The notes: generated by a model not told the origin, from the sequence alone. A stretch of 43,909 nt of DNA from Ardenticatenales bacterium (GCA_030593075.1 JAUVHW010000003.1:1-43909), one strand, 5' to 3'; positions 9,793 through 18,008 are shown, numbered from the stretch's first letter. Program-made: numbers and translations.

Positions 9793-11381
9793 TGAAGGGC
9801 GCAGCATACTACGATGAGGTCTACCGGGGCGAGTACGCGAGGGACGAAGGGCGCGTCCAGTTCGTCGCCGACCTCTGCCGGGGCAAGGTGCTGGACGTTG
9901 GTTGCGGTGACGGCATCCTGGCGACGCGCTGGGGCGGGGCCTATATGGGCGTGGACTTCTCGCAGGAGGCGATCAACAAAGCGCGTAACGGTGGCGATAA
10001 CCGCTTCGTGGTGAGGGACTTCCTGGACGCCCGCCCGCTGTCCGATACAACATGGGACACCATCGTTGTCGGCGAGGTGCTGGAGCATCTGAGCAAGACG
10101 GCCTGCCGGAAGCTGCTCAAGAAGGTCAAGGCTGCGCTCGCACCCGGAGGGCAGGTCATCGCCACCGTGCCCAACGGGGCATCCATCCCTGACCCGTCGC
10201 ACGTCCGAACCTTTGAGAACGGATCACTCGAAGAGGCCATCAAGGGCATCGGCCCAACGTGCGGCCACGCCTACTCCGACCGCTACGCCATCGCCACGGC
10301 TCATGCGGGCGGGCGCCCGAAGCTCTCCTGCGTCCTCATCGTCAAGAACGAGGAGGAGCTGCTGGGCAAGTGCCTAGAGTCCATGAAGGATCTCTGGGAT
10401 GAGCTGGTCATCGTGGACACCGGCTCGACCGATGGCACCGTGGAGATCGCTGAGTCCTACGGTGCGCGGATGGGGCGCTTCGCCTGGCGTGACGACTTCG
10501 GCGCGGCGCGGCGCTACGCCGAGGCGCTGTGTGCCGGCGAGTACGTCTACTGGCAGGACGCGGACGAGGTGCTGCTGGAGGGCCACGACATCATCCGCGA
10601 GATCGTAGAGGCGGGCGCGCAGGACGGGATCGCCCCATACCTCATCATGCGCCGTGACAGCGAAGGGCGTGCGGTGGACGGCTTTGTGCGCCAGGAGATG
10701 CTACACAAGAACGATGGGTCTTGGAAGTGGCATGGAGCCGCGCACAACTGGCTGAGCGGGACGGGTCGCACGGAAGACAGGCGCATCGTTATCGAGCACC
10801 TTGCGCGGCCCAGCGGTGACAGGCCGAACCACACCGACATCTTCGAGGCGCTTCGGGCGAACTTCACAGAGGACGCCACGATGGAGGAGCGCAACCTGTT
10901 CTACCTGATGCGTGAGCACCGCGACAAGGGACATTATCGAGAGGCCATCGCGCTTGTCGCGCTGATGATGCAGACGCCGCCGGCCTGGCCCCTCCAGCGC
11001 TCACGGGCCTGCATCATAGCCGGAGACTGCTGGAGGGCGCTGGGCAATGCTGAGAACGCGGCTCAGGCGTACCACAAGGCACTCGTGGAGTGCGCCGACT
11101 GGGCCGAGCCGTACTTCTGTCTCGGGCGGCTGCGCTATGAGCAGCAGAGGTGGCGTGAGGGAGCCGCGTGGCTGCACGCCTCGACCGGCTTCGAGCCGAC
11201 ATCCTACTTCACCGACCTGACGATCTACGACTGGCTCCGCTACGACCTCCTGGCCGTGTGCCTGTCCAAGCTGGGCCGGAACGAAGAGGCGCGGCTATGG
11301 GGTGCGAAGGCGCTGGCGGCACGGCCCGACGATGAGCACCTGAAGACGAACATGGTCTACTACCAGGAGGCTGCGGGCTGA
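9789..11381 (+). CDS. SAM-methyltransferase + GT2 glycosyltransferase + TPR fusion
   Basis: VLDVGCGDG; [29 protein letters not shown]; helical TPR-like C-terminus. Confidence 0.88.
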   Translation: MMKGAAYYDEVYRGEYARDEGRVQFVADLCRGKVLDVGCGDGILATRWGGAYMGVDFSQEAINKARNGGDNRFVVRDFLDARPLSDTTWDTIVVGEVLEHLSKTACRKLLKKVKAALAPGGQVIATVPNGASIPDPSHVRTFENGSLEEAIKGIGPTCGHAYSDRYAIATAHAGGRPKLSCVLIVKNEEELLGKCLESMKDLWDELVIVDTGSTDGTVEIAESYGARMGRFAWRDDFGAARRYAEALCAGEYVYWQDADEVLLEGHDIIREIVEAGAQDGIAPYLIMRRDSEGRAVDGFVRQEMLHKNDGSWKWHGAAHNWLSGTGRTEDRRIVIEHLARPSGDRPNHTDIFEALRANFTEDATMEERNLFYLMREHRDKGHYREAIALVALMMQTPPAWPLQRSRACIIAGDCWRALGNAENAAQAYHKALVECADWAEPYFCLGRLRYEQQRWREGAAWLHASTGFEPTSYFTDLTIYDWLRYDLLAVCLSKLGRNEEARLWGAKALAARPDDEHLKTNMVYYQEAAG

Positions 11382-11893
11382 TGCGACGTGCCTACCTCAT
11401 CCTCGGTCCAGAGTCCAGCGGGACGCGGATGGCCACTCAGATGCTCCTGGCCGCCGGCTGCATCGGGGACGGCGAGCACGAGCAGCGATGGGATGATACG
11501 TGGCCGGACGGAGAGACGCCCATCGTCTGGCGGCGCAGCATCCCTCATGGGGGCGAGTGGCCGCCGCTCGACCTCATGATCTTCCGGCTCAGCGAGCGCG
11601 GGTACAAGGTCTACGCGCTGGTGATGTCGAGGGACTGGACGGCGATGGCGCGGTCCCAGGTGGAGCACTGGGATCACTCGTTCGACACGGCACTCAACAA
11701 CCTACGGACAGCCTACCCGTACATCATGTCGGCGCTCCTGAAGTTCCAGACACCCTACGTCATGGTGAGCTACGAGAGCGTGACGCGGTACGGCCCCAAC
11801 GTCCTCAAACCGCTGCTGGAGGAGATCGGCCTGACCGTCCCTGACTTTGAAGTGCGCGACGCAAACAAGAAGCGCCTGGAGGTGCCGGAATGA
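11381..11893 (+). CDS. Sulfotransferase-like P-loop protein
   Basis: ILGPESSGTR (5'-PSB-like), VMSRD..ARSQ (3'-PB-like), VSYE. Confidence 0.6.
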   Translation: MRRAYLILGPESSGTRMATQMLLAAGCIGDGEHEQRWDDTWPDGETPIVWRRSIPHGGEWPPLDLMIFRLSERGYKVYALVMSRDWTAMARSQVEHWDHSFDTALNNLRTAYPYIMSALLKFQTPYVMVSYESVTRYGPNVLKPLLEEIGLTVPDFEVRDANKKRLEVPE

Positions 11894-12351
11894 AAGCAGT
11901 GAAAGTACGAATTAGGAGGGGCGGTGAGGGCGAGAACCTGATGCTCTACCCAGCAGCCTACAAGGGCAGTGAGGTGGGCCGGAGCGGCCTGCAAGGCCCC
12001 ATCGCCTACTCAGGCCACATCGCCCGCGGAGGCGCTGAGGCGTGGTGCATCATCGTTCTCGACAACGCGCTGGCCACGACGTATGCGGCTGACCCCGACA
12101 TGGAGATCGTCACCAAGACGGACGCGCAGGCGCTCTTGGAGGAGTGGCGCATCGCGAAGGGCGAACCGGAGGAAGTCGTCACTAACCCTGATCGGCTAAC
12201 CGCTATCATCGCCAAGAACGGGGCCGGCGTGGCGCTGAGCGCCGAGGATCAAAAGGCGCTCGACCCCGACGATGCGACGGGGGGCGTGACTAAGCAGAGC
12301 GTCACCTTCGCGACCAAGCTGAAAGGCGTGTCGAACGTTGCAGCCACCTAG
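11890..12351 (+). CDS. Hypothetical protein
   Basis: SD GGAGG, ATGA-coupled. Confidence 0.7.
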   Translation: MKAVKVRIRRGGEGENLMLYPAAYKGSEVGRSGLQGPIAYSGHIARGGAEAWCIIVLDNALATTYAADPDMEIVTKTDAQALLEEWRIAKGEPEEVVTNPDRLTAIIAKNGAGVALSAEDQKALDPDDATGGVTKQSVTFATKLKGVSNVAAT

Positions 12352-12922
12352 GGTCTGCATCTCTATCCCGACGAAGGGCTCCGTCCGAGCTGAGACGATG
12401 GCCTGGACGGTGAGGGCGTACACCCAACTAGCGCCCAATGTTGAGGTGCATATCGTTCAGGAGAACATCCCGCTGGACGCGGCGCGGAACGTGCAGGCCG
12501 AGCGTTTCCTGGCCTCTAAGTGTAGCCACCTGTTCCTGCTGGACGCCGATTGCAACCCGCAGGACGAGACGATCCAGAAGCTGCTCGCTTGGGAACTGCC
12601 GTTTATCTCCGCGCCCCATCCGACGCGAAAGGGGGCCGACCGGATCATCATGGCGCTGGTGCGCAATAGCGAGGGCTACACGCCCCACCTGCCCGCGTTG
12701 GGGCTACAGATGGTAGACGCGGTGGGCGGCTCCGGCATCCTCATGGAGCGGCGGGTGCTGGAATGCTACGGCCCGCCGTGGTTCCGCACCCTCTACGATG
12801 AGCGGGGTGGGCTGGACAAGACTGAGGACTTCTGGGTGTGCGAGCGAGCCAAGGAGCACGGCTTCCAGGTGTGGGCCGACTTCAGCTTGGTGCAGCAGCA
12901 CATCCGGGAGGTGCCGGTCTAG
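12338..12922 (+). CDS. GT-A fold glycosyltransferase-like protein
   Basis: ARN..AERFL..HLFLLDAD; VDAVGGSGILM; EDFWVC motif. Confidence 0.8.
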   Translation: MQPPRVCISIPTKGSVRAETMAWTVRAYTQLAPNVEVHIVQENIPLDAARNVQAERFLASKCSHLFLLDADCNPQDETIQKLLAWELPFISAPHPTRKGADRIIMALVRNSEGYTPHLPALGLQMVDAVGGSGILMERRVLECYGPPWFRTLYDERGGLDKTEDFWVCERAKEHGFQVWADFSLVQQHIREVPV

Positions 12923-13605
12923 TGACGAATGTAATCTCGGCAGCCGACCCAGATGCAGGGGACAGGCATTATCTGCACTCAGGGTTCTCAGCTACGATTA
13001 CGACCAGCTACGCTCCTGGCTATACCCAAGTTGAGGGAATCACCTGGGATGGCAGCGACGTACTGGGCGTGTCAACTGCTACCAACAAGCACCACAAGCA
13101 CTCAGGGTTCTCGTCCACTATTACTAGTAGCTACGCGAGCCCCAATAGTTCCCCGACTGGTATTACCTGGGACGACGCCAACGTACTGAGCGCAGACGAC
13201 ACCTTCCTGGCCGATAAGCATTTCAAGCACTCAGGGTTTTCGAACACCATTGACGCTAGCTATAGTTCCCCGGCGGGTACCCCGAATGGCATCACCTGGG
13301 ACGATTCGGATGATGTACTGAGCGCGGATGCCGTAGCCGACAAGCACTATCAGCACTCCGGCTTCTCGGCGACGATTAGCAGTAGCTATGCCTCTCCATC
13401 AAGCATCCCTGAGGGAATCACGTGGGACAGCAGCGACGTACTAAGTGCAGACGATAACGCCGACAAGCACTATCAGCACTCCGGCTTCTCGGCGACGATT
13501 AGCAGTAGCTATGCCTCCCAGCAGTTTCCAAGAGGTATCACCTGGGACGGGCGTGGGGTCGCTGCACCGCCGGGCTTCATTCACGTGCAGGGCACGGTCA
13601 TCTAG
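12922..13605 (+). CDS. Repeat protein, five ~41-43 aa units (beta-propeller-like), probable tail/receptor-binding protein
   Basis: GTG at 12922 overlaps previous TAG; unit DVLSAD..DKHY.HSGFS.TI.SSYASP..P.GITWD. Confidence 0.75.
   Translation: MTNVISAADPDAGDRHYLHSGFSATITTSYAPGYTQVEGITWDGSDVLGVSTATNKHHKHSGFSSTITSSYASPNSSPTGITWDDANVLSADDTFLADKHFKHSGFSNTIDASYSSPAGTPNGITWDDSDDVLSADAVADKHYQHSGFSATISSSYASPSSIPEGITWDSSDVLSADDNADKHYQHSGFSATISSSYASQQFPRGITWDGRGVAAPPGFIHVQGTVI
13336..13517 (+). repeat. Identical 59-bp direct repeat (13336-13394, 13459-13517), 123-bp period
   Basis: gccgacaagcactatcagcactccggcttctcggcgacgattagcagtagctatgcctc occurs twice. Confidence 0.95.
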
Positions 13606-13633
13606 GTGGGGATCTTGTAGGAAGGGTAGGGAC

Positions 13634-13831
13634 ATGAACAGACAAGCGACGCAGTTCTGGGTAGGGGTGATCGGGATGTCCGGGCTAGTCTTGGTCACCA
13701 TCATTGCGGTAGCGGGCACCGCCTTCGGGGACGTGCCGATGGAGCTGACGTTCGCGTTGGTTACGGGCATGGTATCGGTCACCAGTACGGCCGTCGCCTG
13801 GCTGTTCCGGCTGAACGGTACGAGCAAATGA
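13634..13831 (+). CDS. Putative holin (2 TM, 65 aa)
   Basis: Two hydrophobic helices, basic C-terminus, upstream of endolysin. Confidence 0.55.
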   Translation: MNRQATQFWVGVIGMSGLVLVTIIAVAGTAFGDVPMELTFALVTGMVSVTSTAVAWLFRLNGTSK

Positions 13832-14034
13832 CACGCGCACCCAACGGCCACACCACCTGCGCCGACACTGCCGAGTTCGTGGAGTGGACGCCTGCCGCGT
13901 CCCTGCCGGCACTGCCACCCCTGGCTGGGGTGAACCCAGGCGAGGCCGTGGTCTACGTCCTGGGAGCCGTGTCGCTCCTCGTGCTGGCGGCGATGATCTG
14001 GACGCACGAGGCCGGCAAGGGAGCGAGGAAGTGA
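13828..14034 (+). CDS. Small membrane protein
   Basis: One C-terminal TM; ATGA-coupled. Confidence 0.5.
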   Translation: MTRAPNGHTTCADTAEFVEWTPAASLPALPPLAGVNPGEAVVYVLGAVSLLVLAAMIWTHEAGKGARK

Positions 14035-14279
14035 TGGACATCGTAGAGGTCGAGTGGGAAGACTCGGCAGCCGATGATGGCTGGTGTTCCACGCTAGTCA
14101 AGCGCAAGAAGCACATCCGAACCTGGGGCGCAGTGATGCAGGATGATGAAGAGGGCATGGCGCTCGTGTTCGGCCTCGATCCCAATGAGAACAGCGGCGC
14201 TCCGTACCTGTGCCCGCTGTTCATCCCCCGCTCCGCCATCCGCAAGGTGACGAAGCTGGGGCCGAAGAGGGGGAAGTGA
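14034..14279 (+). CDS. Small phage protein (VEVEWEDS type)
   Basis: Coupled ORF; W-x-D-S..GW..IP..AI pattern. Confidence 0.65.
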   Translation: MDIVEVEWEDSAADDGWCSTLVKRKKHIRTWGAVMQDDEEGMALVFGLDPNENSGAPYLCPLFIPRSAIRKVTKLGPKRGK

Positions 14280-15043
14280 TGGCACTTCACTGGGACGACA
14301 ACCTATGGTCACAGGTTAAGCCACACGCCTGGAAGTACCGGCGACGCACCGTGACGCCGCGCCTCATCGAGATCCACGCAACGCGTTCCGGCATCCCCGG
14401 CCGGACGGCGGCACAGGAGTACACCAGCACGAAGAACTGGTTTCTCTCGGCGACCAACTACGTGGACGACTGGCCTGGGGTGACTGATGACTGGGCCAGC
14501 ATGGCATCCGCGATCGTGGGCGGCGGGAAGCTCTGCATGGTACTCCCCGAGGACGTTTACCCGCACTACTCGCTGGGCCACGCGGACTACGAAGCCTTCA
14601 GCCTGGAGATCGCGCAGGCGACGAACACCACGCCGTTCCTGGACGAAGACCTGGACCTGGCCGCGGCGTACTGCGCTGACATCTCCGAACGCTACAACAT
14701 CCCGGTGCGCGTCCTGCCCTACCTGAGCGGGGACAACCACGAGGCTCCGGGCTACGTGCGGCATGACCGGAGCGCCAACGGAACGATCTGGGGCAAGACA
14801 GACCCCGGCGACCAGTTTGACGATCGCGACTTTGAGGAGAGAGTAGAGGTACACATGGGACTGCAAGAGATCAAGGACGAACTGGCGAAGCTGAGGCAGA
14901 CCGATGAGGCGATGCGTGCGATCATCTGGAACCAGGCGGTGAAGCAGACCTACCTGGGCCGGAGCCACAAGGCGCTGCAGGGAACGGTGTACGACCAGGC
15001 GGTGAAGCTGGCGACGCACGAGCACGAGGAGGACGGCGAGTAG
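14279..15043 (+). CDS. Endolysin, N-acetylmuramoyl-L-alanine amidase (Amidase_2-like)
   Basis: IEIHAT, SLE, YVRH, KTDPG Zn-amidase motifs; C-terminal coiled coil. Confidence 0.85.
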   Translation: MALHWDDNLWSQVKPHAWKYRRRTVTPRLIEIHATRSGIPGRTAAQEYTSTKNWFLSATNYVDDWPGVTDDWASMASAIVGGGKLCMVLPEDVYPHYSLGHADYEAFSLEIAQATNTTPFLDEDLDLAAAYCADISERYNIPVRVLPYLSGDNHEAPGYVRHDRSANGTIWGKTDPGDQFDDRDFEERVEVHMGLQEIKDELAKLRQTDEAMRAIIWNQAVKQTYLGRSHKALQGTVYDQAVKLATHEHEEDGE

Positions 15044-15069
15044 TTGAGGCAGTAACAACTACCTCAACT
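15042..15069 (+). terminator. Hairpin ending the late operon
   Basis: AGTTGAGG...CCTCAACT at the endolysin stop. Confidence 0.45.
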
Positions 15070-15110
15070 TGGCGGCTGGAAAATAGTTCCGAAATAGGCG
15101 GCCTACCCTC

Positions 15111-15139
15111 TTGACGCGGGGTACCCTGTGGGATATCCT
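15111..15139 (+). promoter_or_regulatory. Sigma70-type early promoter, leaderless, with palindromes
   Basis: TTGACG-N17-TATCCT; ATG at 15146; GGGTACCC 15119-15126 and GGATATCC 15131-15138. Confidence 0.7.
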
Positions 15140-15145
15140 AGTCCC

Positions 15146-15265
15146 ATGCCCAAAGTAGAATTGCCGACAAGAAAGTGTAAGCGGTGCAAGCATGAATGGG
15201 TGCCGCGCCAAGCAGAGACTCGGCTGTGCCCAAACTGCAAAAAGGTGACGTGGAACGATGACTGA
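15146..15265 (+). CDS. 39-aa Zn-ribbon protein, putative regulator
   Basis: MPKVELPTRKCKRCKHEWVPRQAETRLCPNCKKVTWNDD; not in ORF track. Confidence 0.75.
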   Translation: MPKVELPTRKCKRCKHEWVPRQAETRLCPNCKKVTWNDD

Positions 15266-15632
15266 ACTAATCACTGGCTGCGCTCGCTGTGGTCGCACCT
15301 CCTCTCATCATCAGCGCTACGTGGTTGCTGACTGCGAGAAATGGGTGGGTGCGAAATGCGGCGATTGCGGCGAGTGGTGCTTCAGCATACGCGGTCAGTG
15401 TCGGCCCTGCTATCAGGCGGAAGCTACCCAAAAGAACGAGAGAGCGAAGCGCATGTACAACAGTCCGGGAGAGATTGCAGAACGGGAAAGGAGAACACAG
15501 AAACGATGGCTGAAGAAGGGAAAGAGAACACTAACCGAACTACGGAAGTATCTCCGGGAGCCCGAAGCACGCCCATCGCGGAGGGTGGCGTTCACACTGG
15601 AGAAGACTTTGCCCGCCTCATGTCGGCGCTAA
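15258..15632 (+). CDS. Cys-rich Zn-finger protein
   Basis: CARC, CGDC, CRPC; basic tail overlaps the next gene. Confidence 0.55.
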   Translation: MTELITGCARCGRTSSHHQRYVVADCEKWVGAKCGDCGEWCFSIRGQCRPCYQAEATQKNERAKRMYNSPGEIAERERRTQKRWLKKGKRTLTELRKYLREPEARPSRRVAFTLEKTLPASCRR

Positions 15633-15802
15633 TGAGCGACGTGATCGAGGGGCGGATCGCTCCTGAGATCGCGAACGCAACGTGCAACGCAGGCGGCAAG
15701 CTCTTGAAGGTTGTCGAGATGCAGTACAAGTACGCGGGCCAAGGGGACACGGCCCAACCTTTGGCCGCACCGACACTGGTACTGGCGCGAGAGAAGGTGT
15801 GA
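15506..15802 (+). CDS. Hypothetical helical protein
   Basis: SD AAGGAG upstream; DFARLMSALMSDVIEGR..CNAGGKLLKVVEMQYKY; TGATG-coupled to next gene. Confidence 0.7.
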   Translation: MAEEGKENTNRTTEVSPGARSTPIAEGGVHTGEDFARLMSALMSDVIEGRIAPEIANATCNAGGKLLKVVEMQYKYAGQGDTAQPLAAPTLVLAREKV

Positions 15803-16056
15803 TGGCTGAGGTGGAAGGCACGACGCTGAAGTGCGCTGGTTGCGGCGTAGAGTGGGTCGCGGAGATGTGGCGCGACTACGACGATCCCTGTCGCGACGGT
15901 GAATGGTACTGCGTCCCCTGCCTCCTCGCTAACAAGTGCGGGTGTCCGCACCGCCTGAGGGTCAAGGACGCGGAGGCTGCCATTGCCGCGTACTGCAACG
16001 ATGTCCTCAAGACCTCGCCCATGCGTAGCCGCGCCGTGAACGAGGTGCTGCCATGA
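15802..16056 (+). CDS. Small Zn-finger protein
   Basis: CAGC..CVPC. Confidence 0.6.
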   Translation: MAEVEGTTLKCAGCGVEWVAEMWRDYDDPCRDGEWYCVPCLLANKCGCPHRLRVKDAEAAIAAYCNDVLKTSPMRSRAVNEVLP

Positions 16057-16172
16057 CCTTCTCCGACCAAATCATCAGCATCCTGTTCCACTTCTGGCGG
16101 GCGGGTGCGTTTGGAACTTTGGACTTCCTGCGCATCCTGTGGGAGCTGGGCAGGAATTGCAGTGCGTGCTGA
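16053..16172 (+). CDS. Small hypothetical protein (39 aa)
   Basis: ATGA-coupled, SD GAGG. Confidence 0.4.
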   Translation: MTFSDQIISILFHFWRAGAFGTLDFLRILWELGRNCSAC

Positions 16173-16224
16173 GGAGGCCCATGCGTAGCCACATCGGTGT
16201 GTGGGTGCTGAGAGGAGGGGAGTG

Positions 16225-16407
16225 ATGGCGCACCGAACGGCAGAGACGTATCGGCGCCTTCGCCAGAGGGATGAGGCTGTGAAGCAGATCCCGTGCGGCG
16301 AGTGCGGCGTACCGCTGTGGAACCATGACGAACGCACGGCGGGGCATCGTTTCGTGAACAGCGTAGAGCCCCCGCCTATGCCTAGCGCGGGGCCGGGAGG
16401 ACGGTGA
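16225..16407 (+). CDS. Small hypothetical protein (CxxC..H..H)
   Basis: SD GGAGGGG; CGEC..NH..GH. Confidence 0.55.
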   Translation: MAHRTAETYRRLRQRDEAVKQIPCGECGVPLWNHDERTAGHRFVNSVEPPPMPSAGPGGR

Positions 16408-16411
16408 GGCG

Positions 16412-16618
16412 ATGGGTGAGGTAATTATTGTCGGTGCCATCTGTGGGAACTGCGGGGTGGCAACCGCTCTCCGCATCACCAGGGAAGCTGAACCGCAGCA
16501 ATTCCCCGTGGTTGTTCCTGTTGAGTGGGCACGGCAAGCGCTGGAGTGTCGGCGGTGCGACGGCCGTGTCCGCATCGCCACCGAGCCGGTAGCCCCCACG
16601 CCAGCGGAGGCGAGCTGA
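16412..16618 (+). CDS. Small Zn-ribbon protein
   Basis: CGNC..CRRC. Confidence 0.6.
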   Translation: MGEVIIVGAICGNCGVATALRITREAEPQQFPVVVPVEWARQALECRRCDGRVRIATEPVAPTPAEAS

Positions 16619-17055
16619 TGAGAACGGCCCAAGACGTGCGGTTCTGGTCGAAGGTGGCGAAGGGCACAACCGATGAGTGCTGGCCTTGGCAAGGCTACAC
16701 CGTCAAGGGTTACGGGTACTTCTCATTGGGCGGCTACGCCAAGGTAAGAGCGCACCGCTACAGCTATGAGCAGTTGGTGGGGCCCATCCTTGAAGGGCTA
16801 GAGATAGATCACCTTTGTCGGGTGCCAGTCTGTGTAAACCCCGCCCACCTAGAAGCCGTGACTCATCGCGAAAACGTGCTACGCGGTAATAGCCCGAGTG
16901 CGTTGGCCTCAAAGGTCACTCATTGCCCGCAGGGGCATCCATATGACGAAGTGAATACCCTGTTCCGGACTTTGGGCTGGCGGGAGTGTCGCATCTGTCG
17001 TCGCGGGCGGCGGCGAGAGTGGTGGCAACGCCGAAAGGAGAAGCTGGTCGCATGA
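16618..17055 (+). CDS. HNH endonuclease
   Basis: RFWSKV..CWPW..AHR..IDHLCR..CVNPAHL..THCPQGH..CRIC. Confidence 0.9.
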   Translation: MRTAQDVRFWSKVAKGTTDECWPWQGYTVKGYGYFSLGGYAKVRAHRYSYEQLVGPILEGLEIDHLCRVPVCVNPAHLEAVTHRENVLRGNSPSALASKVTHCPQGHPYDEVNTLFRTLGWRECRICRRGRRREWWQRRKEKLVA

Positions 17056-17246
17056 CCGAGCTAGAGCCGACGCTGAAGGAGTTACTAGAGCGCGAGCTGA
17101 GGGGCGTCTTTGGAAGCCACCCGATCCCCAGTTCCGCTCCCCTGTCACGGCGACGGGGGCTAGAGCAGAAGTACGCCGAGCTGTACCAGCGGTTGGTGGC
17201 CATTGGGGCCAAGCCACAACTGAGAAGGAGGTATCGGCATGCCTAG
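17052..17246 (+). CDS. Hypothetical protein
   Basis: ATGA-coupled. Confidence 0.5.
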   Translation: MTELEPTLKELLERELRGVFGSHPIPSSAPLSRRRGLEQKYAELYQRLVAIGAKPQLRRRYRHA

Positions 17247-17406
17247 CTGCCGGCACTGGTGGATCATCGCCACCCCGAACGGCGTCACCAGCCGCGGGAT
17301 CTGCAAGCGATGCGGGGCAGAGCGCGACTACCCCAACGCCGGCCGGGACCTGTCCCCGCGCAACCGGCCCTCACAGGTCGAGCGGGTGCTGGAGGTGGCA
17401 CCATGA
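17239..17406 (+). CDS. 55-aa Zn-binding protein (CxHWWII..PNG..CKRCG)
   Basis: Strong SD AAGGAGG; MPSCRHWWIIATPNGVTSRGICKRCGAERDYPN; not in ORF track. Confidence 0.75.
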   Translation: MPSCRHWWIIATPNGVTSRGICKRCGAERDYPNAGRDLSPRNRPSQVERVLEVAP

Positions 17407-17414
17407 CGTTCCTC

Positions 17415-17967
17415 AGAGATCCCGTAGGTCGGAGGCTTGCCTCCTGTTTACCTGCGTGGCCTGCGGGATCTCTCGGTTGCGTCAAGGATGACGCCTCCGC
17501 AGTCTGGCCCCCCGGCGGGTCTCCCCCGCCACCAGTCCCCGCTGGGGGGTCGCTTGGGACATGGACGGGAGAGGACATGCGATGAGAGCCGTTGTCGTGC
17601 AGGACCCAGCGAAGCCGCGGCAATGTTCCTGCCCACCGATAAGGGGAGAGATACCCCACCGCGCTCATCGTCCTCTCCCGCCCGCGCCTCAGGCTTGGGA
17701 CTTAGACGCCGGGGAACAACACGAGAGGCCACCTGCCCCCGTGCACACGGCGGGCTTACTCGTGCCCCGGCGTCTGCGTCTCAGGCTCAGAGCGGAGGGC
17801 GTGATGGGGTTAGCTGATGGGTTCCCCTCGTTCGGCCAGCCTACACACGCTCTCCGCCCTGCGCCCGAAGGCTCGGGCCAGAGCGTGGGAGGAGGGTACA
17901 GGTATGCGCAGGCGGTGAAACCCGCCAGAGACAGCAGAAGGCCCGGCACCACTCGGGCGTCGGGCCT
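17415..17967 (+). ncRNA. Candidate large structured RNA or sRNA cluster
   Basis: At least nine helices, including 16, 14, 12, 11 and 11 bp stems, several with G-U wobbles on the + strand. Confidence 0.6.
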
Positions 17968-18008
17968 CCACATCCACTACCTAGGAGATTAGCAGATGGA
18001 GACTGAGA

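Noticed and set aside
13336-13517. 59-bp direct repeat as a CRISPR array or DGR TR/VR pair
   Set aside because: In-frame coding repeat with identical copies and no adenine-specific differences; no reverse transcriptase or cas gene in the window
16017-16190. 14-bp repeat GCCCATGCGTAGCC at 16017 and 16177
   Set aside because: Only two short copies and no recombinase or transposase; possible indel scar but unsupported
17591-17624. CAGGAC..GAAGC loop resembling SRP RNA helix 8
   Set aside because: Lacks the closing tetraloop stem and the AGCAG strand
17806-17835. GGGGTTAGCTGATGG resembling a tRNA 5' half
   Set aside because: No anticodon arm, T-arm or matching acceptor stem; no tRNA recognised anywhere in the window
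17403-17992. ORFs 17403-17585 and 17582-17992 as proteins
   Set aside because: Low-complexity products that follow the hairpins, with a sequestered start; not excluded, but better explained as RNA
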